From Candidatus Uhrbacteria bacterium (lineage in GTDB: Bacteria; Patescibacteriota; Patescibacteriia; UBA9934), in NCBI GenBank assembly GCA_943358395.1, contig CALRGY010000001.1, positions 8,008 to 72,007 of the forward strand: a stretch of 64,000 nt of DNA, read 5' to 3'. Positions 9,894 to 20,621 of the stretch are shown one piece after another. The translations under genes were made by a program, and so were the position numbers. The stretch's first letter is position 1. Each line of letters begins with the position of its first letter. The notes under the pieces are model-generated. The model saw only the letters and a program-made list of their open reading frames with translations, was not told the DNA's origin and made no database searches.

Positions 9894-11387
9894 ATGACCA
9901 ATGAAGAAGTGGTACGGCGAGAACGATTAACGGCGATCGAGGCACGCGGCATTGATGCGTACCCTGCGGGAAGCACACGCACCGCAATGATCGCTGAAGT
10001 GCTTACAGCGTTCGATCAGCATCTTTCCGCAAGCGACACATGCACGATTGCCGGAAGAATTACGGCGATGCGCCATATTGGTGCCCTTTCTTTTGTGCGT
10101 ATTTTGGACGGCTCTGCACATATGCAGGCCGTTTTGCGTAAAGAAGACCTTGGTGAACAATATACATTTTGCGTGGATCATCTCGACGTCGGTGATATTG
10201 TTGAAGTGACAGGAATTGCGTACCTCACAAAAACTCAAGAGAAGTCGATTCTTGCTCAATCGGTTATTGTCGCCGCAAAAGCACTACAGCCGTTGCCGGA
10301 AAAGTGGCACGGACTTCAGGACGTAGAGATTCGCTATCGTCATCGAGAGCTTGACCTTATTACCAATCCAGAAGTGCGTGATCGTTTCGTGATGCGTTCA
10401 AAGTTCATTGCCGCAATGCGCCGGTTCCTTGACGATTCTGGCTACTTAGAAGTGGAAACGCCTATCCTTCAAGCTATTCCTGGCGGAGCAAGTGCGCGAC
10501 CGTTCATTACCCACCACAATGCACTCGATGCACAATTTTATTTACGGATTGCTACAGAACTCTATTTGAAACGTTTAGTCGTTGGTGGCATGGAAAAGGT
10601 GTACGAAATCGGGCGATGCTTCCGCAATGAAGGCATCGATTACTCCCACAATCCTGAATTCACGATGCTGGAGCTTTATTGCGCATACGCTAAAAAAGAA
10701 GAATTTATTACATTCAACGAAGAGATTCTCCGCAAGTCACTGCATGGAGCAACGGGATCGATGATTGTAACGATCGATGGAGTTGCTGTGGATTTTGCAC
10801 AGGCCTTTCCACGAATGACGTTCCGTGAATCTATTCTTCGTGCGTGCGACATCGACATCGACACATTGCACACCGAAGATGATGTGATGCGTGCTGCAAA
10901 AGATCGTGGGCTTTCCGTCGATTGTACTGGATGTCTTGGGTTCGGCGAATTCCTCGACGCGCTCTATAAAAAAACCGGTCGTGCTGCCATTACTACGCCA
11001 ACATGGATTTTCGACTATCCCGTTGAACTCAAGCCCCTTGCACGCCAGAATCCAGAAGATGCGTCAAAGAGCGCATGCGCACAGCTTGTTATTCTTGGTG
11101 CAGAAATCGTGAATCTCTATTATCACGAGCTGAATAATCCTATTGATCAGCGTGCGCGATTCGAGGTACAGGAATCGCTCCGTGAACAGGGAAGTGAAGA
11201 GGCGCAATTCATGGATGAAGACTTTTTGGCTGCGCTCGAGCACGGCATGCCACCAACCAGCGGAGTAGGGATCGGCATTGATCGCCTCATTGCGATTCTC
11301 ACTGGTGCGCCGAATTTGAAAGAGGTGATTGCGTTCCCTACGCTCAAGCCAAAAAACGAGCATGGCGGCGCTACCGATCAATCGTGA
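9894..11387 (+). CDS. lysS: lysyl-tRNA synthetase (class II)
   Basis: OB anticodon-binding domain, class II motifs FRNEGID and GIGIDRL. Confidence 0.92.
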   Translation: MTNEEVVRRERLTAIEARGIDAYPAGSTRTAMIAEVLTAFDQHLSASDTCTIAGRITAMRHIGALSFVRILDGSAHMQAVLRKEDLGEQYTFCVDHLDVGDIVEVTGIAYLTKTQEKSILAQSVIVAAKALQPLPEKWHGLQDVEIRYRHRELDLITNPEVRDRFVMRSKFIAAMRRFLDDSGYLEVETPILQAIPGGASARPFITHHNALDAQFYLRIATELYLKRLVVGGMEKVYEIGRCFRNEGIDYSHNPEFTMLELYCAYAKKEEFITFNEEILRKSLHGATGSMIVTIDGVAVDFAQAFPRMTFRESILRACDIDIDTLHTEDDVMRAAKDRGLSVDCTGCLGFGEFLDALYKKTGRAAITTPTWIFDYPVELKPLARQNPEDASKSACAQLVILGAEIVNLYYHELNNPIDQRARFEVQESLREQGSEEAQFMDEDFLAALEHGMPPTSGVGIGIDRLIAILTGAPNLKEVIAFPTLKPKNEHGGATDQS

Positions 11388-11806
11388 ATATAAATATGAC
11401 CACCGGTTTACTTTTTGGCACATTTGATGGTCTTCACGAAGGGCATATCGCTATGCTTACCGAGGCTCGAACACATGCACCGCGAATCATCATCGCCTTA
11501 CCAAAAGACACAAACGTTCTTGCCGCAAAAGGCCACCTTCCAATGTTTTCATGGAACGAACGTGCATCGGGATTACAGGAATCGGGACTCGTGCACGATA
11601 TTTACGCCGGCGATGACGTGCTCGGCGAGTATCATATCCTCGACCAGGTGAAGCCTGATGTCATCCTGCTCGGATACGATCAAACCGAGCTTTCTCTCAG
11701 CCTAAAGCAATACTTCGTTCTGCATCCAGAATCCACACTTCCGATGATTACTCTCGCCCCCCATCAGCCCGATCGCTATAAATCATCACTTTTAAACCCC
11801 GTATGA
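11384..11806 (+). CDS. HxGH cytidylyltransferase-like nucleotidyltransferase
   Basis: GTFDGLHEGH motif; 140 aa; overlaps both the lysS end and the serS start. Confidence 0.55.
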   Translation: MNINMTTGLLFGTFDGLHEGHIAMLTEARTHAPRIIIALPKDTNVLAAKGHLPMFSWNERASGLQESGLVHDIYAGDDVLGEYHILDQVKPDVILLGYDQTELSLSLKQYFVLHPESTLPMITLAPHQPDRYKSSLLNPV

Positions 11807-13065
11807 TCGACATCAAACTCCTCCGCGAACACCCTGAAGTCATCCGCAATGCCGCAAAGGCAAAAGGCGTCACCATCGACACCGATCGCATTCTCGAATT
11901 AGATCGCGGTGCGCGATTACTTCTTAGAGAAATCGAATCAACAAAGGCAAAGAAGAATGCGGCATCGGATGCTATCGCGAAGGCGAATCCAGAGGAACGA
12001 AAGGCGCTCATCGAGGCAATGCGTGCCGTGGACCAAGAATCTCAAGGGAAAGATGCGGAATACGCCGTAATTGATTCTGAGCTGCAAAGCCTGCTGCTTC
12101 GTATCCCTAATCCAGCACTTGCCGATGTCATCATCGGCGCATCGGATGAAGAAAACACTGTTCTTCGTACGGTTGGCGAGCCACCAAAGTTTGATTTCGA
12201 GCCTAAAGATCATCAAACACTCGGCGAGAACCTCGGTATTATCGACATGAAGCGTGCCGCAAAAGTGAGTGGCGCGCGGTTTGTCTATTACGTTGGCGAC
12301 GGGGCATTGCTTGAGCTGGCATTAGTCGATTTTGGCCTTCGCTTAGCCATGAAGCACGGTTTTATTCCCGTCACCGTTCCGCACCTCATTAACTCACGAT
12401 CGATGGCTGCCATGGGCTACCTTGAACATGGTGGACAGGATGAAATTTATTATCTTCAAAAAGACGATCTTTATCTCATCGGCACGTCAGAACAAGCTAT
12501 CGGTCCCATGCACATGGACGAAATTCTCGACGTTGCGAAGCTTCCACTTCGATATGTCGGTGTATCACCATGCTACCGCCGGGAATCGGGGAGCGCAGGA
12601 AAAGATACGAAGGGTGTGATTCGCGTTCACCAATTTACCAAGGTGGAAATGTTCGGCTTCTGTAAGGCGGAAGATTCTGTTGCAGAGCACGAAGCAATTC
12701 TGGCTATCGAAGAAGAGCTCCTCAAAGCCCTGGGTTTGCCCTATCACGTTCTCAATATTTGTACCGGTGACCTTGGTCTTCCTGCGGCAAAAAAGTGGGA
12801 CACCGAAGTATGGTTCCCGGCGCAGAATCGTTATCGAGAAGTCACGTCGACAAGCAACTGTACTGACTTCCAGGGTCGTCGCCTGAATACCCGATACCGA
12901 ACAGGGGAGGGAACTGAGGTGATTCACACCGTGAATGGCACCGCATTCTCTGGAAGACCAATCGCGGCGATTCTTGAAAACTTCCAAAATGCCGACGGCA
13001 GCGTAACCATTCCCGAAGTTCTTCGGCCATTCATGGGCGGAAAGGAACGCATTATTGCTGCGTAA
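11803..13065 (+). CDS. serS: seryl-tRNA synthetase
   Basis: N-terminal coiled-coil arm and class II core (RRESGSAGKDTKG, GTAFSGRPIAA). Confidence 0.92.
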   Translation: MIDIKLLREHPEVIRNAAKAKGVTIDTDRILELDRGARLLLREIESTKAKKNAASDAIAKANPEERKALIEAMRAVDQESQGKDAEYAVIDSELQSLLLRIPNPALADVIIGASDEENTVLRTVGEPPKFDFEPKDHQTLGENLGIIDMKRAAKVSGARFVYYVGDGALLELALVDFGLRLAMKHGFIPVTVPHLINSRSMAAMGYLEHGGQDEIYYLQKDDLYLIGTSEQAIGPMHMDEILDVAKLPLRYVGVSPCYRRESGSAGKDTKGVIRVHQFTKVEMFGFCKAEDSVAEHEAILAIEEELLKALGLPYHVLNICTGDLGLPAAKKWDTEVWFPAQNRYREVTSTSNCTDFQGRRLNTRYRTGEGTEVIHTVNGTAFSGRPIAAILENFQNADGSVTIPEVLRPFMGGKERIIAA

Positions 13066-13067
13066 AT

Positions 13068-14213
13068 ATGGCAGTACATGGGGCAAAAACATGGGTAGAA
13101 GTTTCGCGAAGCGCCATGGCGCAGAATATCGCGGCATTGCGAACATTCTTAAAACCGGAATCCGTGTTTTGCGCCGTTGTGAAGGCGAATGCCTATGGAT
13201 GCGGTGTACGCGAGGCATCAGGTATCGCCTCAGATTGCACCGTCGACACGTTTGCCGTTGATAGCATCGACGAGGCAGTCGTCCTTCGCGAAATATTGCC
13301 ACATGCAACGATCTTTATTTTGGGATATACCGTTCCCGAGAGACTATGCGATGTTGTGAGTATCGATGCCATTCAAACCGTATACGACACAGAAACCATT
13401 CTTGAAATCACGAAACACGCGCATCGGTTCAATAGGCCGGCGCGTGTTTCGTTGAAAGTTGAAACCGGTTTGCATCGGCAAGGCGCAACAGCGCGAGGGC
13501 TCACCGCAATGCTTGATGCGATTCGCGCCGCAGGGCAATCGGTTGTTGTTGAAGGAGTTGGCTCTCATTTTGCAAGTGCAGAGGAACCAACTGATCCTAT
13601 GAATACGTTTCAATTGGAGCATTTCGCTCACGCCATACACACGGTTCGCGCCGCAGGGCATACACCACGCTATGAACACATTGCCTGCTCTGCTGCAGGA
13701 ATTGCACACAGTGCCGCACAAGGAACGATGACCAGGTTTGGCATTGCGCTTTATGGGTTATGGTCGAGCAAGAATTTGAAACGTCATGTGATGCTTGGTC
13801 GTCAAAACATTGAATTGCATCCAGTGCTCAGCTGGAAAACACGTATCGCGCAAATCAAAGACATTCCAGCCGGTGCTGCAATTGGATACGGGGGAACGCA
13901 TGTAACCAATCGACCGATCCGCATCGCGGTGCTTCCGGTAGGGTATTATGATGGATACGATCGTGGGCTTTCAGGAAAAGGTGAAGTGCTCATTCGTGGG
14001 AAAAAGTGCGCAGTGCTTGGAAGGGTGTGTATGAATATGATTATGGTAGACGTTTCTGGAGTGCCTGCGCTTTCAGTGAATGACTGCGCAACACTCATCG
14101 GAAAAGACGGCATGCACACCGTTACGGCAGACGACATCGCCACCATACTCGGCACCATCAATTACGAGGTTGTTTCCCGCATCAATCCATTGTTGCCACG
14201 AGTGATATGCTAA
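13068..14213 (+). CDS. alr: alanine racemase
   Basis: PLP-site VVKANAYGCG and an alanine-racemase-type C-terminal domain. Confidence 0.85.
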   Translation: MAVHGAKTWVEVSRSAMAQNIAALRTFLKPESVFCAVVKANAYGCGVREASGIASDCTVDTFAVDSIDEAVVLREILPHATIFILGYTVPERLCDVVSIDAIQTVYDTETILEITKHAHRFNRPARVSLKVETGLHRQGATARGLTAMLDAIRAAGQSVVVEGVGSHFASAEEPTDPMNTFQLEHFAHAIHTVRAAGHTPRYEHIACSAAGIAHSAAQGTMTRFGIALYGLWSSKNLKRHVMLGRQNIELHPVLSWKTRIAQIKDIPAGAAIGYGGTHVTNRPIRIAVLPVGYYDGYDRGLSGKGEVLIRGKKCAVLGRVCMNMIMVDVSGVPALSVNDCATLIGKDGMHTVTADDIATILGTINYEVVSRINPLLPRVIC

Positions 14214-15088
14214 AAAAACAACGTGATTTTCTTCGGCTATGGCATGCGAAAGAGCACGGAAACGGCATTCGAAAAAACCCCTTCTTTTTTAGAGCACCTC
14301 CTAAAAAGTGGCTTATCATCACCGGTATCGTTCTTGGTATAGTAGGGATCATCGGCGGCTGTATTGGCACAACCTATCTTTCATATTTTCGCATAACAGG
14401 AATAACCGTACAGGGCGCAACCATCACCCGCGCTGAAGATATTCAACAGAACGCATGGGAAACGATCACCACTCACTCGTACCCCTTTATTGCAAAAGAA
14501 AACGTCTTTCTCATCCGTGTCCAACGTATCGAACAGGAGCTCATGAAACGTTTTGCTCTTGAATCAGCGGTAGTGAGCCGTTCCGGGCGCACGTTGAATA
14601 TTGCTCTGGTTGAAAAAGTAACCACTCTTGCTCTTCGCACACAAGAAAAAACCGTGTTCCTTGATCTCTCCGGAACATATATTCGAGATGCTACTGCAGA
14701 AGAATCCCGAGCAATTGATGTTCGCATCGGCACAGCCGTTCCCACAGAAGGGGAAGTGATCGCACCATTACATGCCGAAATGCCAATCATTCTTGATACG
14801 CAAACAGATCCAGCCACATCGCTCCCCATACAAAGCGTCGAACACATTCTTGCGCTCACATCATCACTGCATAATCAGGGAATAACCGTAAAGACATATA
14901 CGCTAAACGGAGTGCATGCTCCTTTTGTTCGCCTTGATACCAATCAGCCGTACAGTCTCTTCTTTGACCTCAACCGCCCCGTCAATGAACAGATCAGCGC
15001 ACTGACCACCATCACTTCCTCACCATCCTTCATTCCTCCCGCAGAATACATCGATCTCCGCTTTGGAGCGTATGTGTATATGAAATAG
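14207..15088 (+). CDS. FtsQ/DivIB-like cell-division protein (POTRA domain)
   Basis: Short cytoplasmic N-terminus, single TM helix and a POTRA-like segment ITGITVQG...; follows alr. Confidence 0.45.
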   Translation: MLKKQRDFLRLWHAKEHGNGIRKNPFFFRAPPKKWLIITGIVLGIVGIIGGCIGTTYLSYFRITGITVQGATITRAEDIQQNAWETITTHSYPFIAKENVFLIRVQRIEQELMKRFALESAVVSRSGRTLNIALVEKVTTLALRTQEKTVFLDLSGTYIRDATAEESRAIDVRIGTAVPTEGEVIAPLHAEMPIILDTQTDPATSLPIQSVEHILALTSSLHNQGITVKTYTLNGVHAPFVRLDTNQPYSLFFDLNRPVNEQISALTTITSSPSFIPPAEYIDLRFGAYVYMK

Positions 15089-15210
15089 GACTTCCTCATT
15101 TTGTCTATTTTCGACTCAGATCATCGGAAAATCGTTCAACGTACCATAAAGTACGTCTCACGAATTTTCCTCGATCTTCATCGAAACTAGCCTAAAATGA
15201 GAAAGTCCTA
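15086..15210. repeat. 125-bp palindromic dispersed element, copy 2
   Basis: Its first three bases TAG are the stop codon of the FtsQ-like gene; its right end aaaatgagaaagtccta creates the apparent MRKSY start of the next ORF. Confidence 0.85.
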
Positions 15211-16150
15211 CAAAATAAGTATGATCATCCTCTCCGCAGGAAAAGCGTTTAATGACATCGATGCGTTTGCATGCGCCCTGGCGTATCGCGAACTTCTCAT
15301 CAAAGAAGGGAAGGAATGCTGCGTTGTTTTTCCTGGTCCACTCAACCATTCTGTTACACCTCTCGCAAAACAACAGGATACGGATTTCATCATTGATTAT
15401 GAACTGAAAACCGATGATCGTATCGTATACGTCGATCTTTCTGATCCAGAACACTTTGCGTTCGGGAAAGAAAATGAATCACGGATCGATGAGCTCTACG
15501 ATCATCACTACGGATTCGAGGAATACTGGCGCGATCGACTTGGCGACCGATCACATATTGAACGGCTTGGTGCAGCGGCAACATTAATTTGGGAAGAATA
15601 TATAAAACGGGGTTTCGCTGATTCGATTTCAGCAGAATCCGCAAATCTTCTTTCAATCGCGATTCTTCAGAACACCCTCAACTTTACCTCAACCGAAACG
15701 CACAATCGCGATCGAACCGCGTACTCCGAGCTCGCAAACCATCGATCGATGGCTGATGGATGGGAGACGCAGTATTTCCGAGAATGTGCGGAGGGGATGG
15801 AAGAAAGCTTCGATGACGCACTCCGAAACGATACAAAAAAGATCGAACATCTCTTTGATGGCGCACTTCTCGTCTTTTCGCAGCTCGAGATCACCGAAGA
15901 TCCAAAGGATTTTCTTGAGAAATACTCGAAAAATATCCTTGCGTATTGGTCCGAATTCCCGCGGGAACACTGTATACTTAATATCGCCGATATATCATCA
16001 AAGACATCGCTGATATTCTCCAATGATGATCAATGGCTTACAGAAACCATTATTCCGCTTTTCTCGTCGATGATTGAAAAAGGCGCGGGATGGATCAGGA
16101 TACCAATTCACCAAAGAAAGCAGATTCTCAAACTCATTCAACAACGATAA
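15197..16150 (+). CDS. DHH-family phosphoesterase (NrnA-like)
   Basis: DHH motif YDHHYG and a DHHA1-like C-terminus; the real start is probably the internal ATG near 15224, because the first codons come from the repeat. Confidence 0.65.
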   Translation: MRKSYKISMIILSAGKAFNDIDAFACALAYRELLIKEGKECCVVFPGPLNHSVTPLAKQQDTDFIIDYELKTDDRIVYVDLSDPEHFAFGKENESRIDELYDHHYGFEEYWRDRLGDRSHIERLGAAATLIWEEYIKRGFADSISAESANLLSIAILQNTLNFTSTETHNRDRTAYSELANHRSMADGWETQYFRECAEGMEESFDDALRNDTKKIEHLFDGALLVFSQLEITEDPKDFLEKYSKNILAYWSEFPREHCILNIADISSKTSLIFSNDDQWLTETIIPLFSSMIEKGAGWIRIPIHQRKQILKLIQQR

Positions 16151-16160
16151 TCATCTATAT

Positions 16161-16628
16161 ATGAAAGCAGCTCATTTCACATTGAACGATCAGGTGGGGA
16201 AGGTGCATGAACTGAAGAGTTATGAGGGGAAGTGGGTGATTCTGTACTTTTATCCGAAGGACATGACCCCGGGGTGTACGCAGGAGGCGTGTGATTTTCG
16301 GGATAATATCAATCGTTTAGCATCTGCGAACGTTGTAGTGTTTGGCATTTCGGCAGATGATGAGAAGCGACATGCGAAATTTGCACAAAAAGAATCGTTA
16401 ACGTTTCCATTGCTTGCTGATACCGATCATGCGGTATGTACAGCGTATGGCGTGTGGCAGAAAAAGAAATTCATGGGGCGTGAATACGACGGCATTGTTC
16501 GCACGACGCTCATCATCGATCCAGAAGGGAACATAGCGAAGCGATATGACGAAGTGAAGGTCGGCGGGCACGTCGAAGAGGTACTGAAGGATCTTACAGA
16601 GCTTCAGAAAGGCATTCACCAATCATAA
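16161..16628 (+). CDS. bcp: thiol peroxidase Bcp/PrxQ (peroxiredoxin)
   Basis: PKDMTPGCTQEAC active-site motif. Confidence 0.85.
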   Translation: MKAAHFTLNDQVGKVHELKSYEGKWVILYFYPKDMTPGCTQEACDFRDNINRLASANVVVFGISADDEKRHAKFAQKESLTFPLLADTDHAVCTAYGVWQKKKFMGREYDGIVRTTLIIDPEGNIAKRYDEVKVGGHVEEVLKDLTELQKGIHQS

Positions 16629-16708
16629 AACTGGTCACAAACGAGAAACGTTCTAATAACAAATCCAATAACGCATCCTCGAGCAGAATCGATTGTGAGC
16701 GGAGAAGG

Positions 16709-16737
16709 GCACAGAGCTTTCGCACTCTGTGCTTTTT
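16709..16737 (+). terminator. rho-independent terminator after bcp
   Basis: Perfect 8-bp stem gcacagag/ctctgtgc followed by TTTTT. Confidence 0.7.
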
Positions 16738-17069
16738 GCTTTGCAGTCATCAATGATGAGTGTATTCTGGGGTGTCGTACAATATATCATTTACGAACCT
16801 TAACTACTTTTTCCTACAATACCTCATCACTATCACAATCAAATACCTCATCATAAACCCCCATACAAGTGAATCTTTGCACTTTAATGAGTGCACTCAT
16901 CATCGGAACCTCCTCAGCGATCTTCGGCTATCCTCGATAATCTTCAACTGAACGATATGCAATGCGCCGAATGAACTGCTAAAGCCCTTTATTCTCCGAG
17001 CCATTTAAACGCCCCAGGTTAAAATAGACCTAGTCTAGTGGCTCTAAAACTCAACAGAATGAAGAGAAG

Positions 17070-18281
17070 TTATTCCGTGGGCAAATACGGTAGCGGATTT
17101 ACTGGTATACCATTCAGGCGTACTTCAAAGTGGGTATGCGGCCCTGTTGAAAAACCAGCTCCCACGGTACCTGGCCTTCCGCCTGAGAGCCCTATAACTT
17201 GGCCACGGGAAACGTATTGGTCTTGTTCGACGTCAATGCGAGACATGTGAGCATACAATGTTGCAAAACCATTCGCATGAATCAGTAAAACATAATAGCC
17301 ATACTGTTGACCCTTGTAGACTCGTCCAACATATCCAGGAGCCGCTGCTTCAATTGCAGTACCTTGAGGAACGGCGATATCTAAACCGGGATGTTCAAAG
17401 AGATTACGGAAAGGATACGAAGGGTCGTGAAATAATGCGGTGATAACCCCGTGTACTGGCCAAGAAATAACCGTGTCGCCAACTTGGTCGCCATCTCGGG
17501 CCCTTAGCTTATCTTGCAGTGTGTCCTGCAGCCCGGAAACCTCGCTCGTAATTGATTGCTGCTCCGTACGAAGCTCACTCATGAGCGTTCGATATTGATT
17601 CTCCGACTCTTCCGTGGCGTTCACAAGTACGAGCTTTGCATTCTTCCGCATGTCCAAATCATTTGCCTTCTTTTGGAGAATCTTCGCTGTATCCCCCAAA
17701 TCTACCACCTTTTCTTCATGAAGTGCTTTATGCGCATACAAGGTATCTTTCGTCATTTTTGTCGCTTCCAGAGCAGATTTCATGTCGTCATTCACCCGTG
17801 TTAATTGTGCTGTGGCATCAAAAACATCGAACATGTTTTCCGCGTTAGCAACAAAGCTCAACACCCCCTGATTATCGTTCCGCTGTAACGCAACAAGAAG
17901 ATCGGCAAGCATGGCACGACGACGAGCAAGTTCATCTTCCGTTGTTTGAATACGGCTATCAAGAATACGGAGCTCTAGCGTTTCTTCATCCATGGCATTC
18001 TGTGTTGCAGCAAGGTCTAAAGTGGCAAGCGCAGTTTCGTTCTCTAAAAGAGCAACGTCGTTCTGCAAGGAAGCCCCCTTCCCTGCCAAGGCACGAATCT
18101 TTTCACGATACGCATCAAGTTGCGCATTCAACGTTGCGATCGATGCTTTTTTCTCTGCAATAGATTGCTGCAGCTGTGCAACATCAGTATTCGCCGCGAA
18201 GACAGATGCAGGAACGCAAAACGCAAAGAAAGTGAAGATAAAAACTCCAGTAACGATGATGCGCACCCCCCTTCTCTCCAT
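17070..18281 (-). CDS. secreted M23 (LytM) peptidase with N-terminal coiled-coil (EnvC-like)
   Basis: Signal peptide, a long coiled-coil region and a C-terminal HxxxD...HxH M23 domain (HPGLDIAV...HTHFEV). Confidence 0.8.
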   Translation of the reverse strand: MERRGVRIIVTGVFIFTFFAFCVPASVFAANTDVAQLQQSIAEKKASIATLNAQLDAYREKIRALAGKGASLQNDVALLENETALATLDLAATQNAMDEETLELRILDSRIQTTEDELARRRAMLADLLVALQRNDNQGVLSFVANAENMFDVFDATAQLTRVNDDMKSALEATKMTKDTLYAHKALHEEKVVDLGDTAKILQKKANDLDMRKNAKLVLVNATEESENQYRTLMSELRTEQQSITSEVSGLQDTLQDKLRARDGDQVGDTVISWPVHGVITALFHDPSYPFRNLFEHPGLDIAVPQGTAIEAAAPGYVGRVYKGQQYGYYVLLIHANGFATLYAHMSRIDVEQDQYVSRGQVIGLSGGRPGTVGAGFSTGPHTHFEVRLNGIPVNPLPYLPTE

Positions 18282-18293
18282 ATAACAGACGCG

Positions 18294-19751
18294 TTACTGC
18301 AACACCGCGATAGCATGCTCTATGCGACGAAGCGATTCTTCTTTTCCTAATACCCACAACACTTCAAACGGAGTTGCCGACTTTTCTTGCCCAGAAAGTG
18401 CAACGCGCAGCGGCCACAACGTGTTCCCATTCTGCATGCCTTCACGAGTAATATACTCCTTTATTGCCGCTTCGAGGAGATCAACTGTGCCAAAAATATT
18501 CTCATCGATGTCCGTAAGCAACGTCAGTATTCGCTGAAGATGCGCCGAAGCATCTGCGGCATCCGCCTTTTTCCACACCAAAATCGACGCATCGTACGGC
18601 AACAATGCCAAATATGGCGCAATCGCGACATCAAAGTCCGTTAATCGCGATACTCTTGAGCGCTCCACAAACAACGCCCGTTGCACAAGGATATTAGTAA
18701 GATCCGCCGATACGAATCCTTGTGCTCGTTCTGCCAGCTGCTCAATCGAGAGCGCCATCAAATAATGACGATTCATCCAATCTAACTTTTCCATGTTCAG
18801 AATTGCTCCCGCACTATTCACCTTCGACAAATCAAACTTCTCAATCAACTCTTCGATGGTAAAAATTTCTTGGTCAGCCGATGGGTTGAAGCCAAGAGTT
18901 CCCACAAAGTTTATGAGCGCTTCCTTCAAATACCCATGATTAAAATACTCTTCAACAGCAGTATCACCCGTTCGTTTCGAGAGTTTTTTCTTATCCGATC
19001 CAAGAAGAAGTGGAACGTGCGCAAAGATTGGCGCCTTCCAACCAAACATCTTGCACAACAGTAAAGATTTTGGAGTAGAAGAAATCCATTCCTCGCCACG
19101 CAAAACGTGAGAAATGCTCATGAGCTGATCGTCAACTGTCGCGGCAAGATAGTACGTTGGGAACCCGTCCGATTTCAAAATAATACAGTCATCAACTTCC
19201 GAATTATCAAACGTAATATCGCCGCGAATCGCATCACAAAACGTCGTCGATCCTTCTGGAACCTTGATGCGAATAACGCACCCCTCTCCACCCATCATGC
19301 GTTCCTCGGCTTCGGTCTTCGTGAGACTCAAACATTTACGATCATACTTCGTCGTCTGCTTCAACGCCGTTTGCGCTTTACGCATCTCATCCAATCGCTC
19401 AACCGTACAAAAACACGGATACGCCAAGCCTTTTTCTACCAGTTCCTTGGCATGTTGCTTATAAATATCCAGGCGAGCGGACTGATAGTACGGCCCACAA
19501 GAGCCAACTTCAGTAATTGTGCCGTCCTCTTGAAGAACCGGTCCCTCGTCCGGTGTGATACCGAGAGCCTTAAACATGCGCAGAAGATACTCAATGGCTC
19601 CTGGGACTAAGCGTTCTTGATCTGTATCTTCAATGCGCAACAAAAACTGACCACCACTTTGACGGGCGAGAAAGTAATCAAAAAGTGCCGTTCGGAAATT
19701 CCCAATGTGCACTTTTCCGGTCGGTGACGGTGCTAAACGAGTACGAACCAT
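18294..19751 (-). CDS. gltX: glutamyl-tRNA synthetase
   Basis: HIGH-type motif PSPTGKVHIGN and KLSKR (KMSKS). Confidence 0.9.
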   Translation of the reverse strand: MVRTRLAPSPTGKVHIGNFRTALFDYFLARQSGGQFLLRIEDTDQERLVPGAIEYLLRMFKALGITPDEGPVLQEDGTITEVGSCGPYYQSARLDIYKQHAKELVEKGLAYPCFCTVERLDEMRKAQTALKQTTKYDRKCLSLTKTEAEERMMGGEGCVIRIKVPEGSTTFCDAIRGDITFDNSEVDDCIILKSDGFPTYYLAATVDDQLMSISHVLRGEEWISSTPKSLLLCKMFGWKAPIFAHVPLLLGSDKKKLSKRTGDTAVEEYFNHGYLKEALINFVGTLGFNPSADQEIFTIEELIEKFDLSKVNSAGAILNMEKLDWMNRHYLMALSIEQLAERAQGFVSADLTNILVQRALFVERSRVSRLTDFDVAIAPYLALLPYDASILVWKKADAADASAHLQRILTLLTDIDENIFGTVDLLEAAIKEYITREGMQNGNTLWPLRVALSGQEKSATPFEVLWVLGKEESLRRIEHAIAVLQ

Positions 19752-19760
19752 AGAGAAAGA

Positions 19761-20621
19761 TTAGGATCGAGAAAGGAAATGAGAGCGTAATTCTTGAAAC
19801 ACACTCACAAGAGCTCGAAGAAAGCGTTGCTTCGCCATTGTATCGCGCGCGACAACGATTGGAAAGATGAACGCCGCGGAAAAAATACGCCGAAAACGCC
19901 ATGGCTCCATGCACAATCGCCATGCCCATTCAAATCCAAAACGTCGGAATATCATCGGGGCACGGCGAATACGCCCAGAAAGCACGTTAAATGCCCCACC
20001 AACACCGATGACGATTCGAGCATTTGGTACAGAGGATGCGATCTGCGATGCAACGAATTCTTGTTTTCCTTGCGATGCCCCACTTCCCTGCCCGAGCGCA
20101 ACGGCAATCACGCAAGGGCCAAACCCGCGCATTCGTTCAATGATTCCCTCTTCAATACAAGGATTCTGGTGAGAAATACTTCCAGGATTGATGGCGATGA
20201 TTTTTATCCCTTGGAATAGTGTCGTAAAATACAGTTGAATTTGCACCAAAATATCATCGGTGCCGCCGAGCAACACCAGTGGCACTTCTCGATCACGGCA
20301 GATTTCTGCCAACATCGGTAATACATCAATTCCCGGATATCGATGAAGATCATGGAGATCGTGCAGAGCTGCCGCGGCAAAACGCAGCGCTACCCCATCT
20401 GGCAGCGAAAGCGCACTCGAATTCAACACCGTTCGAAACTCCGGGCTCGATCGTGCTGCCAGAAGAAATTCCGGATTCGGCGTTACCACTAAGCTTGGCT
20501 CTGATCGATGAAACAAATCCAAAAAACGAGCAGAAAGCTCGTTTGGTGATAGATCGTCAATTCGTACCCCGAGCAGAGAAATCGAGCGCATACTTACGCA
20601 ATCTTCCTCCACGACAACCAC
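19761..20621 (-). CDS. WecB/TagA/CpsF-family glycosyltransferase
   Basis: ILGVRIDDL, VVTPNPEF and LPDGVALRFAA conserved blocks. Confidence 0.7.
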   Translation of the reverse strand: MVVVEEDCVSMRSISLLGVRIDDLSPNELSARFLDLFHRSEPSLVVTPNPEFLLAARSSPEFRTVLNSSALSLPDGVALRFAAAALHDLHDLHRYPGIDVLPMLAEICRDREVPLVLLGGTDDILVQIQLYFTTLFQGIKIIAINPGSISHQNPCIEEGIIERMRGFGPCVIAVALGQGSGASQGKQEFVASQIASSVPNARIVIGVGGAFNVLSGRIRRAPMIFRRFGFEWAWRLCMEPWRFRRIFSAAFIFPIVVARDTMAKQRFLRALVSVFQELRSHFLSRS

